A stretch of DNA of 64,000 nucleotides from Akkermansia muciniphila (GCA_945898055.1 CAMDGV010000012.1:4871-68870); one strand, 5' to 3'. Shown: positions 44,933 through 56,462, counted from the stretch's first letter. A program made the numbers and translations. The notes: generated by a model from the sequence alone, not told the origin.

Positions 44933-44990
44933 CCGTCCTTCTGATTCTGACGCGAATCCCGCGATTCCTTAAAAGATACACACAGCGATT

Positions 44991-47828
44991 ATGCCGAAAG
45001 CACTGAAATACGTTTATACTTGGGGCAACAAAAAAGCCGACGGTGATGGGTCGATGAAGGCCCTTCTCGGTGGCAAAGGTGCCAACCTAGCCGAAATGAC
45101 CCGCATTGGTCTTCCGGTACCTCCAGGATTCACCATCACCACCGAAGTTTGCACTTACTTCTATGCGAACAAACGGACTTACCCCAAGGAGCTACAGGCT
45201 CAAATGGAAGCGGGCGTGGTGAACATGGAAAAGATCATGGGTGCGAAGTTCGGAGCTACCACCGGCACGCCGCTGCTGGTGGCCGTTCGTTCGGGGGCAC
45301 GTGATTCGATGCCGGGCATGATGGATACGATTCTGAACCTTGGATTGAATGATCAGACGGTCATTGCCTTGGTTAAAGCGACTGGCAATGAACGGTTCGC
45401 TTGGGATTGCTACCGTCGTTTTATTCAGATGTATGGCGACGTGGTAATGGGTGTTCAAAAGCGAGAAGGTGAAGATCACGAACCGTTCGAGACGGTGATC
45501 GAGATGTTCAAGCACGAGAAGTATCATGGAGAGATCGAAGACTCCAAACTGACGGCCTTAGACCAGCAAGAATTGGTTAAACGATTCAAGGCGTTGGTGA
45601 AGGATCGCACCGGTAAAGCATTCCCTAATAGCCCTTGGGACCAATTACGCGGTGCGGCGGGTGCCGTGTTTGGTTCTTGGATGAACGACCGCGCGATGGT
45701 CTATCGTCGCAAGTATAATATTCCCACCGAATGGGGAACGGCCGTCAACGTCCAGGCCATGGTGTTCGGTAATACGGGTGAAACATCTGGGTCCGGTGTC
45801 GCTTTCACTCGCAATCCAGCGAATGGGACGAATGAATTCTATGGCGAATTCCTCATCAACGCTCAAGGCGAAGACGTTGTTGCGGGTGTTCGCACCCCAG
45901 AACCCGTCCTCAAACTCAGGGACGTGATGCCGAAGTCTTACGCTGAATTGCTCAAAGTACGTGCCACTTTGGAGACACATTTCAAAGATGTGCAAGACGT
46001 CGAGTTTACCATTCAAGAAGGTCAATTGTTCATGTTGCAGACGCGTAACGGTAAGCGGACAGCGGCCGCCGCCTTGAAGTTTGCTGCTGATATGGTCAAG
46101 GAGAAGTTGATTGATTGGGAAACTGCCGTCCTCCGCAATCCAGCCGACCAACTCGAACAGCTTCTCGCTCCGATTTTTGATTTGGCTGAAGTCAAAAAAG
46201 CGAAGGTCATCGCGAGTGGACTTCCCGCCGGTCCGGGTGCGGCCACGGGCAAAATCTATTTTAATGCCGAACGCGCGGTGATCGCTGCCGAGAAGGGCGA
46301 AAAGGTTCTGCTCGTCCGAGTTGAAACCTCTCCCGAAGATTTGCGTGGCATGATCGCTGCCGAAGGTATTCTTACGGCCCGTGGTGGGGTCTCCTCTCAC
46401 GCGGCTCTGGTTGCGCGTCAGATGGGCAAGGTCTGCGTTTGCGGCGCGGCGGGTGTGGTCATTGATTACGACAAGAAGACGACCACGATTGAGGGTCAGA
46501 CCTTCAAAGAAGGGGACTTTCTCTCCATCGACGGTACCTCAGGACTGGTCTACGCCGGACAGATTAAGACAGCGCCGTCGGAGATTGTGTCTGGGTTGAT
46601 CAGCGATGATAAAGCGGCTCAGAAGACGGATAAGTTCAAAAATTACGTGCAACTGATGGAGTGGTGCAGCAAGGCCACCCGTATGTCAGTCCGGACCAAT
46701 GCCGACACCCCTGAGCAGACCCGTCAGGCAATGGCCTTTGGTGCGGTGGGAATTGGTCTGACCCGCACCGAACATATGTTTTTCGAGGGCGATCGTATTG
46801 ATGCGATGCGTGAAATGATTTTGGCGGACACTCTCATTGCTCGGGAGGAGGCTTTGGCGAAATTGTTACCGTTTCAACGTGAAGATTTCTTCGGGATCTT
46901 TAAGACCTTGAAGGGATACCCAGCGACTATCCGCTTCCTAGATCCCCCGCTCCATGAGTTCCTTCCGCATTCCAAGGAGCAGCAGATGGATTTGGCTCGG
47001 AAGTTAAACATTCCAGTCGAGAAGATTATGGCTCGGGTGCACGAGTTGCATGAATTTAATCCGATGCTTGGGTTCCGTGGTTGCCGTCTGGGAATCAAGT
47101 ACCCAGAGATCACTCGCATGCAGGCGCGTGCTGTCCTCGAGGCTGCTGCCGATGCCACGAAGAAAGGTTTCAAAGCCAAGCCGGAAATTATGATCCCGCT
47201 TGTCGGCTTTAAAAAGGAACTCGATCTTCAGGTTGCCGTTGTCCATGAGGTCGCTGCTTTGGTTCAAAAAGAGAAGAAGGTTAAAATCTCTTATTCGGTG
47301 GGTACGATGATCGAAATTCCCCGTGGGGCACTGACCGCAGATGAAATTGCTGAATCAGCGGAGTTTTTCAGCTTTGGCACCAATGACCTGACCCAGACCT
47401 GTCTCGGGATGTCGCGTGATGATTCCGGTTCCTTCCTCGGTGCTTATACTGAGAATGAAATTGTGAAGAAGAATCCGTTCGCTTCGATTGATCAGACGGG
47501 TGTGGGTCAATTGGTGAAGATTGCAGCAGAGAAGGGCAACGCGACCCGCCCTGGTATTAAGTTGGGCATCTGTGGTGAGCACGGTGGCGACCCTGATTCG
47601 GTGAAATTCTGCCATAAGGTCGGTCTCACTTATGTTAGTTGTTCGCCGTTCCGCGTGCCTGTGGCTCGTCTTGCGGCGGCTCAAGCTGCGATCGAGGAAA
47701 AACGCGCCGCAGTCAAGGCACCCGCCAAGGCACCCGCTAAGGCACCCGCTAAGGCTCCAGCTAAGGCTCCAGCTAAGGCTCCAGCCAAGGCTCCAGCCAA
47801 GGCTCCAGCTAAGAGATCTAGAAATTAA
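44991..47828 (+). CDS. ppdK: Pyruvate, phosphate dikinase with a C-terminal (KAPA)x8 low-complexity tail
   Basis: Full-length PPDK, including [29 protein letters not shown] (catalytic His region), GTNDLTQ and [19 protein letters not shown]. This is followed by AIEEKRAAV(KAPA)8KRSRN. Confidence 0.95.
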   Translation: MPKALKYVYTWGNKKADGDGSMKALLGGKGANLAEMTRIGLPVPPGFTITTEVCTYFYANKRTYPKELQAQMEAGVVNMEKIMGAKFGATTGTPLLVAVRSGARDSMPGMMDTILNLGLNDQTVIALVKATGNERFAWDCYRRFIQMYGDVVMGVQKREGEDHEPFETVIEMFKHEKYHGEIEDSKLTALDQQELVKRFKALVKDRTGKAFPNSPWDQLRGAAGAVFGSWMNDRAMVYRRKYNIPTEWGTAVNVQAMVFGNTGETSGSGVAFTRNPANGTNEFYGEFLINAQGEDVVAGVRTPEPVLKLRDVMPKSYAELLKVRATLETHFKDVQDVEFTIQEGQLFMLQTRNGKRTAAAALKFAADMVKEKLIDWETAVLRNPADQLEQLLAPIFDLAEVKKAKVIASGLPAGPGAATGKIYFNAERAVIAAEKGEKVLLVRVETSPEDLRGMIAAEGILTARGGVSSHAALVARQMGKVCVCGAAGVVIDYDKKTTTIEGQTFKEGDFLSIDGTSGLVYAGQIKTAPSEIVSGLISDDKAAQKTDKFKNYVQLMEWCSKATRMSVRTNADTPEQTRQAMAFGAVGIGLTRTEHMFFEGDRIDAMREMILADTLIAREEALAKLLPFQREDFFGIFKTLKGYPATIRFLDPPLHEFLPHSKEQQMDLARKLNIPVEKIMARVHELHEFNPMLGFRGCRLGIKYPEITRMQARAVLEAAADATKKGFKAKPEIMIPLVGFKKELDLQVAVVHEVAALVQKEKKVKISYSVGTMIEIPRGALTADEIAESAEFFSFGTNDLTQTCLGMSRDDSGSFLGAYTENEIVKKNPFASIDQTGVGQLVKIAAEKGNATRPGIKLGICGEHGGDPDSVKFCHKVGLTYVSCSPFRVPVARLAAAQAAIEEKRAAVKAPAKAPAKAPAKAPAKAPAKAPAKAPAKAPAKRSRN
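47715..47810 (+). repeat. 8 x 12-bp tandem repeat (3 x aaggcacccgcY, then 5 x aaggctccagcY) encoding KAPA
   Basis: Read directly. The units differ only at synonymous positions. Confidence 0.95.
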
Positions 47829-47847
47829 TCGCTCGAGATTTATTTTC

Positions 47848-47884
47848 AGGCCGTCTAGGGAAACCTGGCGGCCTTTTTATTTTC
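47848..47884 (+). terminator. Rho-independent terminator of ppdK
   Basis: aggccg(t)ctagg-gaaa-cctggcggcct forms an 11-bp stem with one bulge and a GAAA loop. It is followed by tttttatttt, 20 nt after the stop codon. Confidence 0.8.
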
Positions 47885-48209
47885 CAGAGATTGCGGAAAC
47901 TCGACTGATGGGCGCGTCCTAAAGAGATTGAAGCGATTTTCTCGCATAATCTGAAAGGTTTAAAAATAGTTTAACCTAGTTTTGACCTCGAATTCGCCCG
48001 GATAATCGGTGGTTTTCTCGGAGACTCCGGAGGATTCTCTGTGCTCTAAGATTAAACGCCGATCGGAGTTCTGGCTCAGCAGCAGAAGGCGAAAAGGAGA
48101 TATTGCTCCAGCATCAGAACCGTCAAGGCCTGCCCAAGAATTCTTGACTCGGAATTCTACCAACCGTTTTTTAGAGCGTCGTTGCTGATACTGTACCCGT
48201 TTCTGAGCG

Positions 48210-49223
48210 CTATTGCGTTATTTGATAGAATTGCCGATACCAATCGGCAAAACGTTGGATACCAGTCTCAATCGGGGTTTGTGGGCGGAAACCGACGTCT
48301 CGAATGAGGTCATCGACATCGGCATAGGTGGCCGGGACATCTCCAAGTTGCATGGGCATCAGTCGTTTCTCGGCAGTTTTACCGAGAGCTTTTTCAAGGC
48401 AACGGATGAAGTGATCCAACTCAACCGGTTGATTGTTGCCAATGTTATAGAGCCGATAGGGGGCGCGGGATGTTGCTGGATCGGGTTGCGAAGGGTCCCA
48501 AGCTGAGTTACTTGCTGCTATCTTATCTGAGGTCCGAACGACGCCCTCGGCGATGTCGTCAATATAAGTAAAGTCACGTCGCATTTTGCCTTCATTAAAG
48601 ACGTCGATGGGTTTTCCCTCGAGGATTGCTTTAGTGAAAAGGAACAGAGCCATATCAGGACGTCCCCAAGGTCCGTAGACCGTAAAAAAACGAAGACCCG
48701 TCGTGGGCAAGTTAAAGAGATGGCTATAAGTATGAGCCATGAGTTCGTTCGCCTTTTTAGTGGCCGCATAAAGGCTGAGCGGATGGTCGACTGTGTGATG
48801 AATACTGAAAGGCATGACCGTGTTGGCCCCGTACACAGAAGACGAAGAAGCGTAGGTGAGATGCTCAACTTCGTTATGGCGGCATCCTTCAAGAATGTTC
48901 ATGAAGCCCACCAAATTGGCATCCACATAGGCGTGTGGATTCTGTAATGAATAGCGGACTCCAGCTTGGGCGGCTAGGTGGATGACTCGACGAGGCTTTT
49001 CGGTGGCAAAAAAGGATTCCATCCCTGGGCGGTCGGCGACATCTAATTTCTGAAAGCTGAATCCGGTCCTACCCGTCAAGCGTGCCAGTCGCGCCTCTTT
49101 GAGTCGGACATCATAGTAATCATTGAGGTTATCAAGACCGACGACTTGATCACCTCGGTTAAGAAGTAATTGAGCGACGTGCGACCCGATAAAGCCAGCA
49201 ACGCCAGTGACGAGGAATTTCAT
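48210..49223 (-). CDS. NAD-dependent epimerase, UDP-glucuronate 4-epimerase-like
   Basis: [16 protein letters not shown]...[18 protein letters not shown]...YAATKKANE is an SDR extended-family pattern typical of UDP-GlcA 4-epimerases. Confidence 0.8.
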   Translation of the reverse strand: MKFLVTGVAGFIGSHVAQLLLNRGDQVVGLDNLNDYYDVRLKEARLARLTGRTGFSFQKLDVADRPGMESFFATEKPRRVIHLAAQAGVRYSLQNPHAYVDANLVGFMNILEGCRHNEVEHLTYASSSSVYGANTVMPFSIHHTVDHPLSLYAATKKANELMAHTYSHLFNLPTTGLRFFTVYGPWGRPDMALFLFTKAILEGKPIDVFNEGKMRRDFTYIDDIAEGVVRTSDKIAASNSAWDPSQPDPATSRAPYRLYNIGNNQPVELDHFIRCLEKALGKTAEKRLMPMQLGDVPATYADVDDLIRDVGFRPQTPIETGIQRFADWYRQFYQITQ

Positions 49224-49230
49224 AATTTAA

Positions 49231-50607
49231 TTATTTTTGGGTGTTTGAGGGTTTCCCAACACTCCAGAGATTAATGCCAGATTTTCGAATAGATTGGGCG
49301 TCTAAACAGTTGCGGGTATCGAAGACCCAAGCTGGTTGGCGCATACTCGAGGCAATCTTGTTCCACTCGAGGGATCTGAATTCGTCCCAATCGGTGAGAA
49401 CCACCACGGCATCGGCACCCGCACAGGCCTCTAAAGCTGAGGGAACAGATACTATTTGCTCAGTCGAGGCAGGTCCTGCCGGTGCAAGAGCAGAAAAGAC
49501 AGATGCTTTTGAGACCTTGGGATCGTAGATAGCGAGTTGTGCGCCTTCTTCAAGCAGATCGAGGCAAACGGTGATGGCTGGGGTTTCTCGGGTATCATTG
49601 GTATCTTTTTTGAAGGCGAATCCAAGGATAGCAATACGCTTCCCAGCCACCGTGTTAAATAGTTTCCCAACGATAGTTCGGGCAATCCGATGTTTTTGCC
49701 ACTCGTTCAGAATGACCACCTGTTCCCAATAAGTGGCGACTTCTGGCAGCCCATGATGTTCGCACAGGTAGACAAGATTAAGAATATCCTTTTTGAAGCA
49801 GGACCCCCCAAACCCGGCACTCGCTTTGAGGAATTTAGGTCCAATGCGAGAATCTCTTCCGATGGCTTGGGCTACCTCTTCCACATCAGCGCCTGTGGCT
49901 TCGCAAAAAGCCGAAATGGCGTTGATAGAGGAGACCCGCTGGGCTAGGAACGCATTTGCTGTCAACTTAGCCATTTCCGAGGACCAAAGATTTGTGGTCA
50001 GGATTCGGTCAAGCGGGACCCAGTTGGCGTAGACGGCAGCTAAAGCGGCACAGGCCTCGGAACATTGTCCGCCGATCAGGACCCGGTCCGGATTGGAAAG
50101 ATCCTGAATAGCAGAACCTTCAGCCAGAAATTCTGGATTGGAGAGAACGTCGAATGTTTTCCCTTCACTGACAACACTGAGGATTGCTTGGACAGTTTCA
50201 GCAGACTTGACGGGCAAAGTGGATTTCTCCACCACAAGGGTGTGTCCCCTTGCGAATTGGGCGATACGACGCGTGCACGCTTCGAGGTATCTTAAATCAG
50301 AAGCTTTACCCGCACCCTTTCCATAGGTTTTTGTCGGGGTATTCACCGAAATAAAGACGCAATTGGCTTCAGCGATGGAGGAATCAACTTCGGTACTAAA
50401 AAAGAGATTCCGACCGCGGGCACGTCGGACAACCTCCTCTAAACCTGGTTCATAAACAGGAAGCGAATCGCTATTCCACGCGGCAATCCGCTCGGCGTTT
50501 ATATCGACGACAACGACTCGGATACTGGGACAACGGTCAGCTATTACCGCCATTGTTGGGCCACCCACATAACCGGCACCGATACAGCAGATAGAGCTAA
50601 TCTTCAT
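49231..50607 (-). CDS. ugd: UDP-glucose 6-dehydrogenase
   Basis: CIGAGYVGGPT, GFGGSCFKKD, FAFKKDTNDTRE. Confidence 0.9.
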   Translation of the reverse strand: MKISSICCIGAGYVGGPTMAVIADRCPSIRVVVVDINAERIAAWNSDSLPVYEPGLEEVVRRARGRNLFFSTEVDSSIAEANCVFISVNTPTKTYGKGAGKASDLRYLEACTRRIAQFARGHTLVVEKSTLPVKSAETVQAILSVVSEGKTFDVLSNPEFLAEGSAIQDLSNPDRVLIGGQCSEACAALAAVYANWVPLDRILTTNLWSSEMAKLTANAFLAQRVSSINAISAFCEATGADVEEVAQAIGRDSRIGPKFLKASAGFGGSCFKKDILNLVYLCEHHGLPEVATYWEQVVILNEWQKHRIARTIVGKLFNTVAGKRIAILGFAFKKDTNDTRETPAITVCLDLLEEGAQLAIYDPKVSKASVFSALAPAGPASTEQIVSVPSALEACAGADAVVVLTDWDEFRSLEWNKIASSMRQPAWVFDTRNCLDAQSIRKSGINLWSVGKPSNTQK

Positions 50608-50684
50608 TGAGGAGGAAAGAACAAATCGACGAATTTGAAGGAATCCAGTCAGTTAGGCGGTCAAACTTCAGGAAAGTCGGTCGA

Positions 50685-51695
50685 CTATTCTACTCGGGGT
50701 ACTTTTCCGGAGATTTGATCTTCCAGGAGTTTCAGGTCAGCGTCTGCCATTAATTCGATCAATCCCTTGAAGGTCGTCTTGGGCTCCCAGCCGAGCTTCT
50801 TTTTGGCTTTGGAATAATCACCGATAAGAAGATCGACTTCAGCCGGACGATAATAACGTGGATCAATCTCGACGTATTTTTCCCAATCGAGGTTTAACCG
50901 ACCGAAGGCGACCTCTAAGCATTCGCGGATTGTATGTGTCTCATTGGTAGCGACCACGTAATCATCGCCTTCGGGTTGCTGCAGCATGAGCCACATTGCT
51001 TCAACGTACTCCTTGGCATAGCCCCAATCGCGTTTGGAATCGAGATTACCGAGGAAGAGTTTTTGTTGCAGCCCCAGTTTGATGTGCGCCGCCGCCCGGG
51101 TAATTTTGCGGGTAACAAAGGTCTCTCCACGGCGGGGTGACTCATGATTGAAGAGAATGCCGTTGCTCGCGTGCATTCCATAACTCTCTCGGTAGTTGAT
51201 GGTAATCCAGTAGGAGTACATCTTGGCACATCCGTAGGGACTCCGGGGATAGAAGGGCGTCGTTTCTTTCTGTGGCACTTCTTGGACCAGACCATACATT
51301 TCACTGGAACTAGCCTGATAAAATCGAGGTTGGATACCCACTTCACGGATTGCTTCCAACAACCGGACAGTCCCAGTCCCAGTGACGTCGGCGGTGTATT
51401 CTGGGGCATCAAAACTAACTCTCACATGGCTTTGCGCGGCTAGATTGTAAACTTCCTCCGGCTGAATCTTTCCCAACAAACGCGACAAGTTGGAGCCATC
51501 ACTCAAATCACCATAGTGAAGGTGGAGGTTGTTTTTGGGGAAATGGGGATCGCTGTAGATAGGATCGAGTCGCCCAGTATTGAAAGAAGAAGCGCGTCGG
51601 ATAACCCCATGGACCTCATAGCCTTTTTCTAGAAGGAGTTCGGCTAGATACGATCCATCTTGACCGGTTATACCAGTGATCAGTGCTTTTTTCAT
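50685..51695 (-). CDS. gmd: GDP-mannose 4,6-dehydratase
   Basis: [54 protein letters not shown]. Confidence 0.95.
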   Translation of the reverse strand: MKKALITGITGQDGSYLAELLLEKGYEVHGVIRRASSFNTGRLDPIYSDPHFPKNNLHLHYGDLSDGSNLSRLLGKIQPEEVYNLAAQSHVRVSFDAPEYTADVTGTGTVRLLEAIREVGIQPRFYQASSSEMYGLVQEVPQKETTPFYPRSPYGCAKMYSYWITINYRESYGMHASNGILFNHESPRRGETFVTRKITRAAAHIKLGLQQKLFLGNLDSKRDWGYAKEYVEAMWLMLQQPEGDDYVVATNETHTIRECLEVAFGRLNLDWEKYVEIDPRYYRPAEVDLLIGDYSKAKKKLGWEPKTTFKGLIELMADADLKLLEDQISGKVPRVE

Positions 51696-51720
51696 TTTTC
51701 TTGGTTAAGAATTGCGATGT

Positions 51721-52713
51721 TTATAGACACTCGCTTGCGGATCGATGCTGAAGATATTGAACATAGTCGGCCACCGATTCTTCCAGAGCGGTGGGGGTAT
51801 AATGAATGCCTGCAGCAGCGGTTTTATCCATGGTTGCCTGAGTGAAATATTGATACTTGTCCCGCAAATCTTCGGGCATGGGAACGTACTCTATCTTCGG
51901 GCTGCGATCTAGGGCTTCATAGGTCGCTTGAATCAAATGACGGAAGGAACGCGCGACCCCTGTTCCGAGATTAAACAACCCTGAAACATCAGGTCGAGCG
52001 GCAAAAGCGAGTATCACTCGGACCACATCCTTGACATAAATGAAATCCCTCAATTGGCCACCATCAGCATAGCCATCGCGATGTGACTGAAAAAGGCGCA
52101 CGCTGCCCGTCGATTGAATCTGATGAAAACCGTGGTACACCATCGAAGCCATTCGACCTTTATGCGCTTCGCCAGGTCCGAAAACATTGAAGAATTTGAA
52201 ACCGACACACTGTCTTGGACCTACGGCACCCGCTAAAGCCTGATCCCGAACCCAGAGATCAAAAGAGTGCTTTGATTGACCGTAGAGATTCAACGGAACA
52301 AGAGAATCAAGCGACGCCCTATCGTTAAATCCGGCGGATCCATCACCATAAGTCGCTGCGCTTGAAGCGTAGAGGTAACGGGCTTGGTGGGTAGCGCACC
52401 ACTTCCAGAGCTTTTGTGAGTAGGCGAGATTATTGTCGGCGAGATAAATCCACCTCGTCTCGGTGGTGGAACTGCAGGCACCCAGATGAATAATAAGTTC
52501 CGGCTGAAGAATGCCCGCTTCCAGTCCGGCTAGGAGTTGGAAGTGGTCCATGAAGGCCACGCCGGGTGCGCATCGCAGGTTGTTGGCACGGTCATCACGC
52601 AAAGGATGATCAACGGCGAGAAGTTCCGCTGCACCCTGTTGACAGGCCAATGCCCCAAGTAACCGACTACCGATGAATCCGGCTGCACCTGTGACAATGA
52701 TTCGAAGAGGCAT
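51721..52713 (-). CDS. hldD: ADP-L-glycero-D-manno-heptose 6-epimerase-like SDR
   Basis: IIVTGAAGFIGS, HLGACSSTTE, YASSAATYG, LNLYGQSK, NVFGPGEAHKGRMAS. This matches the HldD/RfaD pattern. Confidence 0.8.
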   Translation of the reverse strand: MPLRIIVTGAAGFIGSRLLGALACQQGAAELLAVDHPLRDDRANNLRCAPGVAFMDHFQLLAGLEAGILQPELIIHLGACSSTTETRWIYLADNNLAYSQKLWKWCATHQARYLYASSAATYGDGSAGFNDRASLDSLVPLNLYGQSKHSFDLWVRDQALAGAVGPRQCVGFKFFNVFGPGEAHKGRMASMVYHGFHQIQSTGSVRLFQSHRDGYADGGQLRDFIYVKDVVRVILAFAARPDVSGLFNLGTGVARSFRHLIQATYEALDRSPKIEYVPMPEDLRDKYQYFTQATMDKTAAAGIHYTPTALEESVADYVQYLQHRSASECL

Positions 52714-53036
52714 TTAAAAAGTGTTACTTAGTGGCTGCACAAGTTTACCGATCGGACATCGGAGGGGCTTCGTTGGACTTTATTTGTTCCCTCAGTGTTA
52801 AAACGCTTTCCGATTTATAATAGTGTCTCAGCACAACTTCAATCCCTTCGAGAAACTGGAAAAACATCTGCTCGCCCAACATTTCAACATCCGAGGGGAA
52901 AGATTACCTCTTTTTAGGCGCCAGAACCCTTTAATTTTCCTGTTAAATCGAGCTGTCCGAATCCGTTCGAGGTACAGCCTCGGCCGCGTTCTGTAGCGGA
53001 TCGCTGTCGCCCCAACTGAGGACCTCAGCAGGATTC

Positions 53037-53507
53037 TTAGATCAAGGATCGATGGATCTTGATGACCACCTTGCGGATGTTGACATTCTGCGGATTATTT
53101 ACCTTGGGACGGTGGGCGTCGGAGGGTAAGAAGATGGCCAAACGACCCGGGCTTTGCAGAAGAGACGAATACGCCCCATCGAGCGGCGGCAACCAAAACT
53201 GGACGTCATTTGCGAAGACTCCGTCCGCTTGTAGCATCCCTCGATCAACCCAGTCGATTACCTCACTGCCGCTGATGGTGTACTGGATATCGATGTGCTC
53301 CTCGTGACTCTCGAACCGACAGGAATCGCGCTGGAGAGTTTCGTACGTTTGAACCATTGCAAACCATTTTGCTCCAGAAATTTCATAGGTTCCTAAAGGT
53401 GTTTCAGGGGTCAGCTTCTGGAGCCAATCGAGGGAACGGAGCCAAACTTGGTGATGCCCAAGGAGCGTCATCCAAGTACCGGGATCATTGAGAGTCGCGT
53501 GAAGCAT
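53037..53507 (-). CDS. YhcH/YjgK/YiaL-family (DUF386) protein
   Basis: FESHEEHIDIQYTISGSEVIDW with cupin-like beta sequence, typical of the family. Confidence 0.65.
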   Translation of the reverse strand: MLHATLNDPGTWMTLLGHHQVWLRSLDWLQKLTPETPLGTYEISGAKWFAMVQTYETLQRDSCRFESHEEHIDIQYTISGSEVIDWVDRGMLQADGVFANDVQFWLPPLDGAYSSLLQSPGRLAIFLPSDAHRPKVNNPQNVNIRKVVIKIHRSLI

Positions 53508-53664
53508 GTTTAGGCGGAAAAAGGTAAATCAATGACTAAGAGTTTGTTTAAGGAATCTGCAAGTAATGACATCGGCTGAATAAAGTTACAAATTTGGGTA
53601 AATCCACCGCTCAACTGGAGGCGTCTAGCCTCTATCTGAACAAGGTGATCGAAGCCACCGTTCG

Positions 53665-54603
53665 TCAGGAAAGAACACTCGTGCGCTTGAGAAAATCTTG
53701 ATAAGCGTTTCGGATACCGGCTTCGAGAGAAACCTGCGGTGACCATCCAAGGGAGCGAAGTCGGGAGCTATCCATCAACTTACGAGGTGTCCCGTCGGGT
53801 TGAGTCGAATCCCACCGAATTTCGCCATCATAGCCCACCACGTGAGAAACCATTTCTGCCAATTCTCGGATGCTTAGATCGCTACTGGATCCGACATTGA
53901 TGAACAGTTCTTCAGAGTAAACCTTCATTAGCAAGACTAAGGCTCGACCGAGGTCTTCCGAGTGCAGAAATTCCCGCAAAGGTGTCCCAGATCCCCAGCA
54001 GGTGGTGGTGGTGAGTCTGGCTACTTTTGCTTCATGAAATCGACGAATCAAAGCCGGTAGAACGTGGGAACCTTGGGGATGATAGTTGTCGCCTGGCCCA
54101 TAGAGGTTGGTGGGCATCGCTGAGATGAAATCACAACCATATTGCCGCCGATACGCTTGGCACAACTTGATGCCGGCGATTTTGGCGATGGCGTACCATT
54201 CGTTGGTGGGTTCGAGGGGACCGGTGAGCAACGCCTCTTCACGAATGGGTTGCGTAGTCTGCTTTGGATAGATACACGAACTTCCCAGAAAAAGAAGTTT
54301 GCGAACCCCGAAACGACGGGCTGCATCAATAACGTTATTTTGGATCGCGAGATTGCGGAAAAGAAAGTCGGCTGGGAACTCGTTGTTGACCTTGATCCCC
54401 CCCACTTTAGCTGCGGCTAGAAAGACGTATTCAGGCCGTTCAGTAGTGAAAAAAGCCTCGACTGCAATCGCATCAGTAAGATCCAACTCCGATGAACGTC
54501 GGCCAATTAGATTGCAGAAGCCTTCATCAGCCAACGTTCGCCAAATGGCGCTTCCGGCGAGGCCATTATGACCGGCCACATAAATTTTTGATTGGGGAAG
54601 CAA
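53665..54603 (-). CDS. fcl: GDP-L-fucose synthase
   Basis: [50 protein letters not shown]. Confidence 0.9.
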   Translation of the reverse strand: MLPQSKIYVAGHNGLAGSAIWRTLADEGFCNLIGRRSSELDLTDAIAVEAFFTTERPEYVFLAAAKVGGIKVNNEFPADFLFRNLAIQNNVIDAARRFGVRKLLFLGSSCIYPKQTTQPIREEALLTGPLEPTNEWYAIAKIAGIKLCQAYRRQYGCDFISAMPTNLYGPGDNYHPQGSHVLPALIRRFHEAKVARLTTTTCWGSGTPLREFLHSEDLGRALVLLMKVYSEELFINVGSSSDLSIRELAEMVSHVVGYDGEIRWDSTQPDGTPRKLMDSSRLRSLGWSPQVSLEAGIRNAYQDFLKRTSVLS

Positions 54604-55028
54604 AGGATGGAAAGAAGGTTAGGAAGGTGAAACGAGGTCTGCCGAGAAAGGTTGAAACCCTATCACTATTTTGAAATCTCTCTGTCTGGTTTCATAAATT
54701 TTGCTCACCGAGTACCTCACGATAGATTCTAGGGCCTCCAGAAGAGAAGCGGCGAACTAAGGCGACGCCCTGACGTTAAAAACCATGACCCACTAAGAAG
54801 CATTTTTGTTTCAGATAAATCTCTCCAAAGATATTCCGCCCTCGCTAGTTGGCAGTCCCATTCTTCTGTGTCATCAGAAAACCTTCGAAGGAGCCTCGTT
54901 TGTCACCCTAAGAAAGCGTATTTCAACCACCCTACCCGACTGCAACGAGAAAGATGATTAAAGTGCCTTGGAAATGGCTCGATTGACGGAGTGTCGCCTT
55001 TTCTTGGTGTTCTGTTCAAACTTGTCCT

Positions 55029-56462
55029 GTGACCTCTCCGACACACTTCCGTTATCTTTCCGTTTTACGAAAGTTATTTCATTGGAATTTAGCTTTTGGT
55101 TCCCTTCTGACGTGCCTCGTTGTAGGGGATCATCCGTCGGACAGTTGGTCGTCCCAGACTGGGGCCGGTTGGCCGGTCCAGTGGGGATTACGCAATGGCA
55201 AACCCGTTCCAGTTCACTACACTCTCGATCCCAAAATTGACCTAAAACTTCTCCAACCCGCGTTCCGAGTTCTCCCGATTCTCGCGCTTAAACTAGCTCC
55301 CGCTGACCTCCTTGATCCGAGCCGCGGGATCTATTCGAATCCAATGGAGCAAGGTGAACTATGGGAGCGGCCGGTTCAGGCCCGCTGGTTCCCCGTGTCA
55401 GGCACGAATGGCTTCACTATCAGTTGCGGAATACGCATCCAAGGCGGGTGGAATCGGCGACCAGAAGAATCTCCAAAGCATTCTCTTCGCCTCATTTTTC
55501 GTAATCAATATGGGGCTAAAACTCTCAAATTTCCCCTCTTTGAGGGTCAACCTTCTACCTTCAACACTCTCATCCTTCGCGGAGGCAATAATAATTCATG
55601 GCTCCATTGGAGCGGCGAGGAACGGCATCGAGCGGACTACTTGCGAGATGAATGGATGCGTCAGACCTATGCCGCTATGGGGCATCTTTCGGCGCGTGGC
55701 CGTTTTGTTCATCTCTCGATCAATGACCTTTACTGGGGCATCTACAATCTTACCGAACGACCCGATGCTCACTTTGCAGCATCGCATCTTGGGGGGAAAC
55801 CGAAAGATTGGGATGCGCGCAATGGCGACAAAATTGTTTCAGGGGATGCGACCGCTTGGAAACAGTTGTTTGCACTGGCGCCACGCGCCTCAGAACCTGA
55901 AATATGGGCGAAGATAATCCCCCTTTTGGATGTAGAGGCCTTCGTCGATTATATGATCCTGAATCTTTATGGAGCCAATGGCGATTGGGACGGTTCTTCG
56001 AATTGGTATAGTGGGCGTCGGAGGAAGCCGGCAGGTGGGCAGCTTTTCTTTATCTGGGACGGTGAGCGCACCTTGGAAGGACTCTCTGACACGCGTCTCA
56101 AAGAAGAGACTGAAGGCTCCCCTTCATGGCTGTTTCAACGTCTACGATTAAATTCTGCCTTCAAAGATACCTTTAGGCTGCGCGCGGCACGCCACTTAAA
56201 TCTAGGTGGAGCGCTATCTCCAATCGTTGCTGGTGGACGCTTTAAGGAGTTAGCTGATCAGTTGGCGCCCGCCATGGTTGCGGAAGCGGCGCGTTGGGGT
56301 AACTACCGGGCAACCGTCGATTCTTATAAGACTGGACCTTTCGAGTATTATAGCGTGGAAGAACATTGGAAGCCGGAGATAAGCCGGCTTCTACGAACTT
56401 ATTTTCCAGCTCGGACAGATATTTTTAGCCGGCAACTGGGAGAGGCAGGCTTGCTGCATTAA
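55029..56462 (+). CDS. CotH-family protein (atypical kinase fold)
   Basis: CGIRIQGGWNRRPEESPKHSLRLIFRNQYG...LILRGGNNNSW...YLRDEWMRQ...INDLYWGIYNLTERPD matches the CotH pattern. The GTG start is uncertain. Confidence 0.7.
   Translation: MTSPTHFRYLSVLRKLFHWNLAFGSLLTCLVVGDHPSDSWSSQTGAGWPVQWGLRNGKPVPVHYTLDPKIDLKLLQPAFRVLPILALKLAPADLLDPSRGIYSNPMEQGELWERPVQARWFPVSGTNGFTISCGIRIQGGWNRRPEESPKHSLRLIFRNQYGAKTLKFPLFEGQPSTFNTLILRGGNNNSWLHWSGEERHRADYLRDEWMRQTYAAMGHLSARGRFVHLSINDLYWGIYNLTERPDAHFAASHLGGKPKDWDARNGDKIVSGDATAWKQLFALAPRASEPEIWAKIIPLLDVEAFVDYMILNLYGANGDWDGSSNWYSGRRRKPAGGQLFFIWDGERTLEGLSDTRLKEETEGSPSWLFQRLRLNSAFKDTFRLRAARHLNLGGALSPIVAGGRFKELADQLAPAMVAEAARWGNYRATVDSYKTGPFEYYSVEEHWKPEISRLLRTYFPARTDIFSRQLGEAGLLH

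Noticed and set aside
45645-46400. A 251-aa antisense ORF inside ppdK, plus several smaller ones.
   Set aside because: ppdK is unambiguous and full length. The antisense translation is low-complexity with no motifs.
47715-47810. Whether the regular 12-bp repeats are a CRISPR-like or other non-coding array.
   Set aside because: The units are contiguous with no spacers. They are in frame with ppdK, vary only synonymously, and end at a stop codon followed by a strong terminator. This is a coding low-complexity tail.
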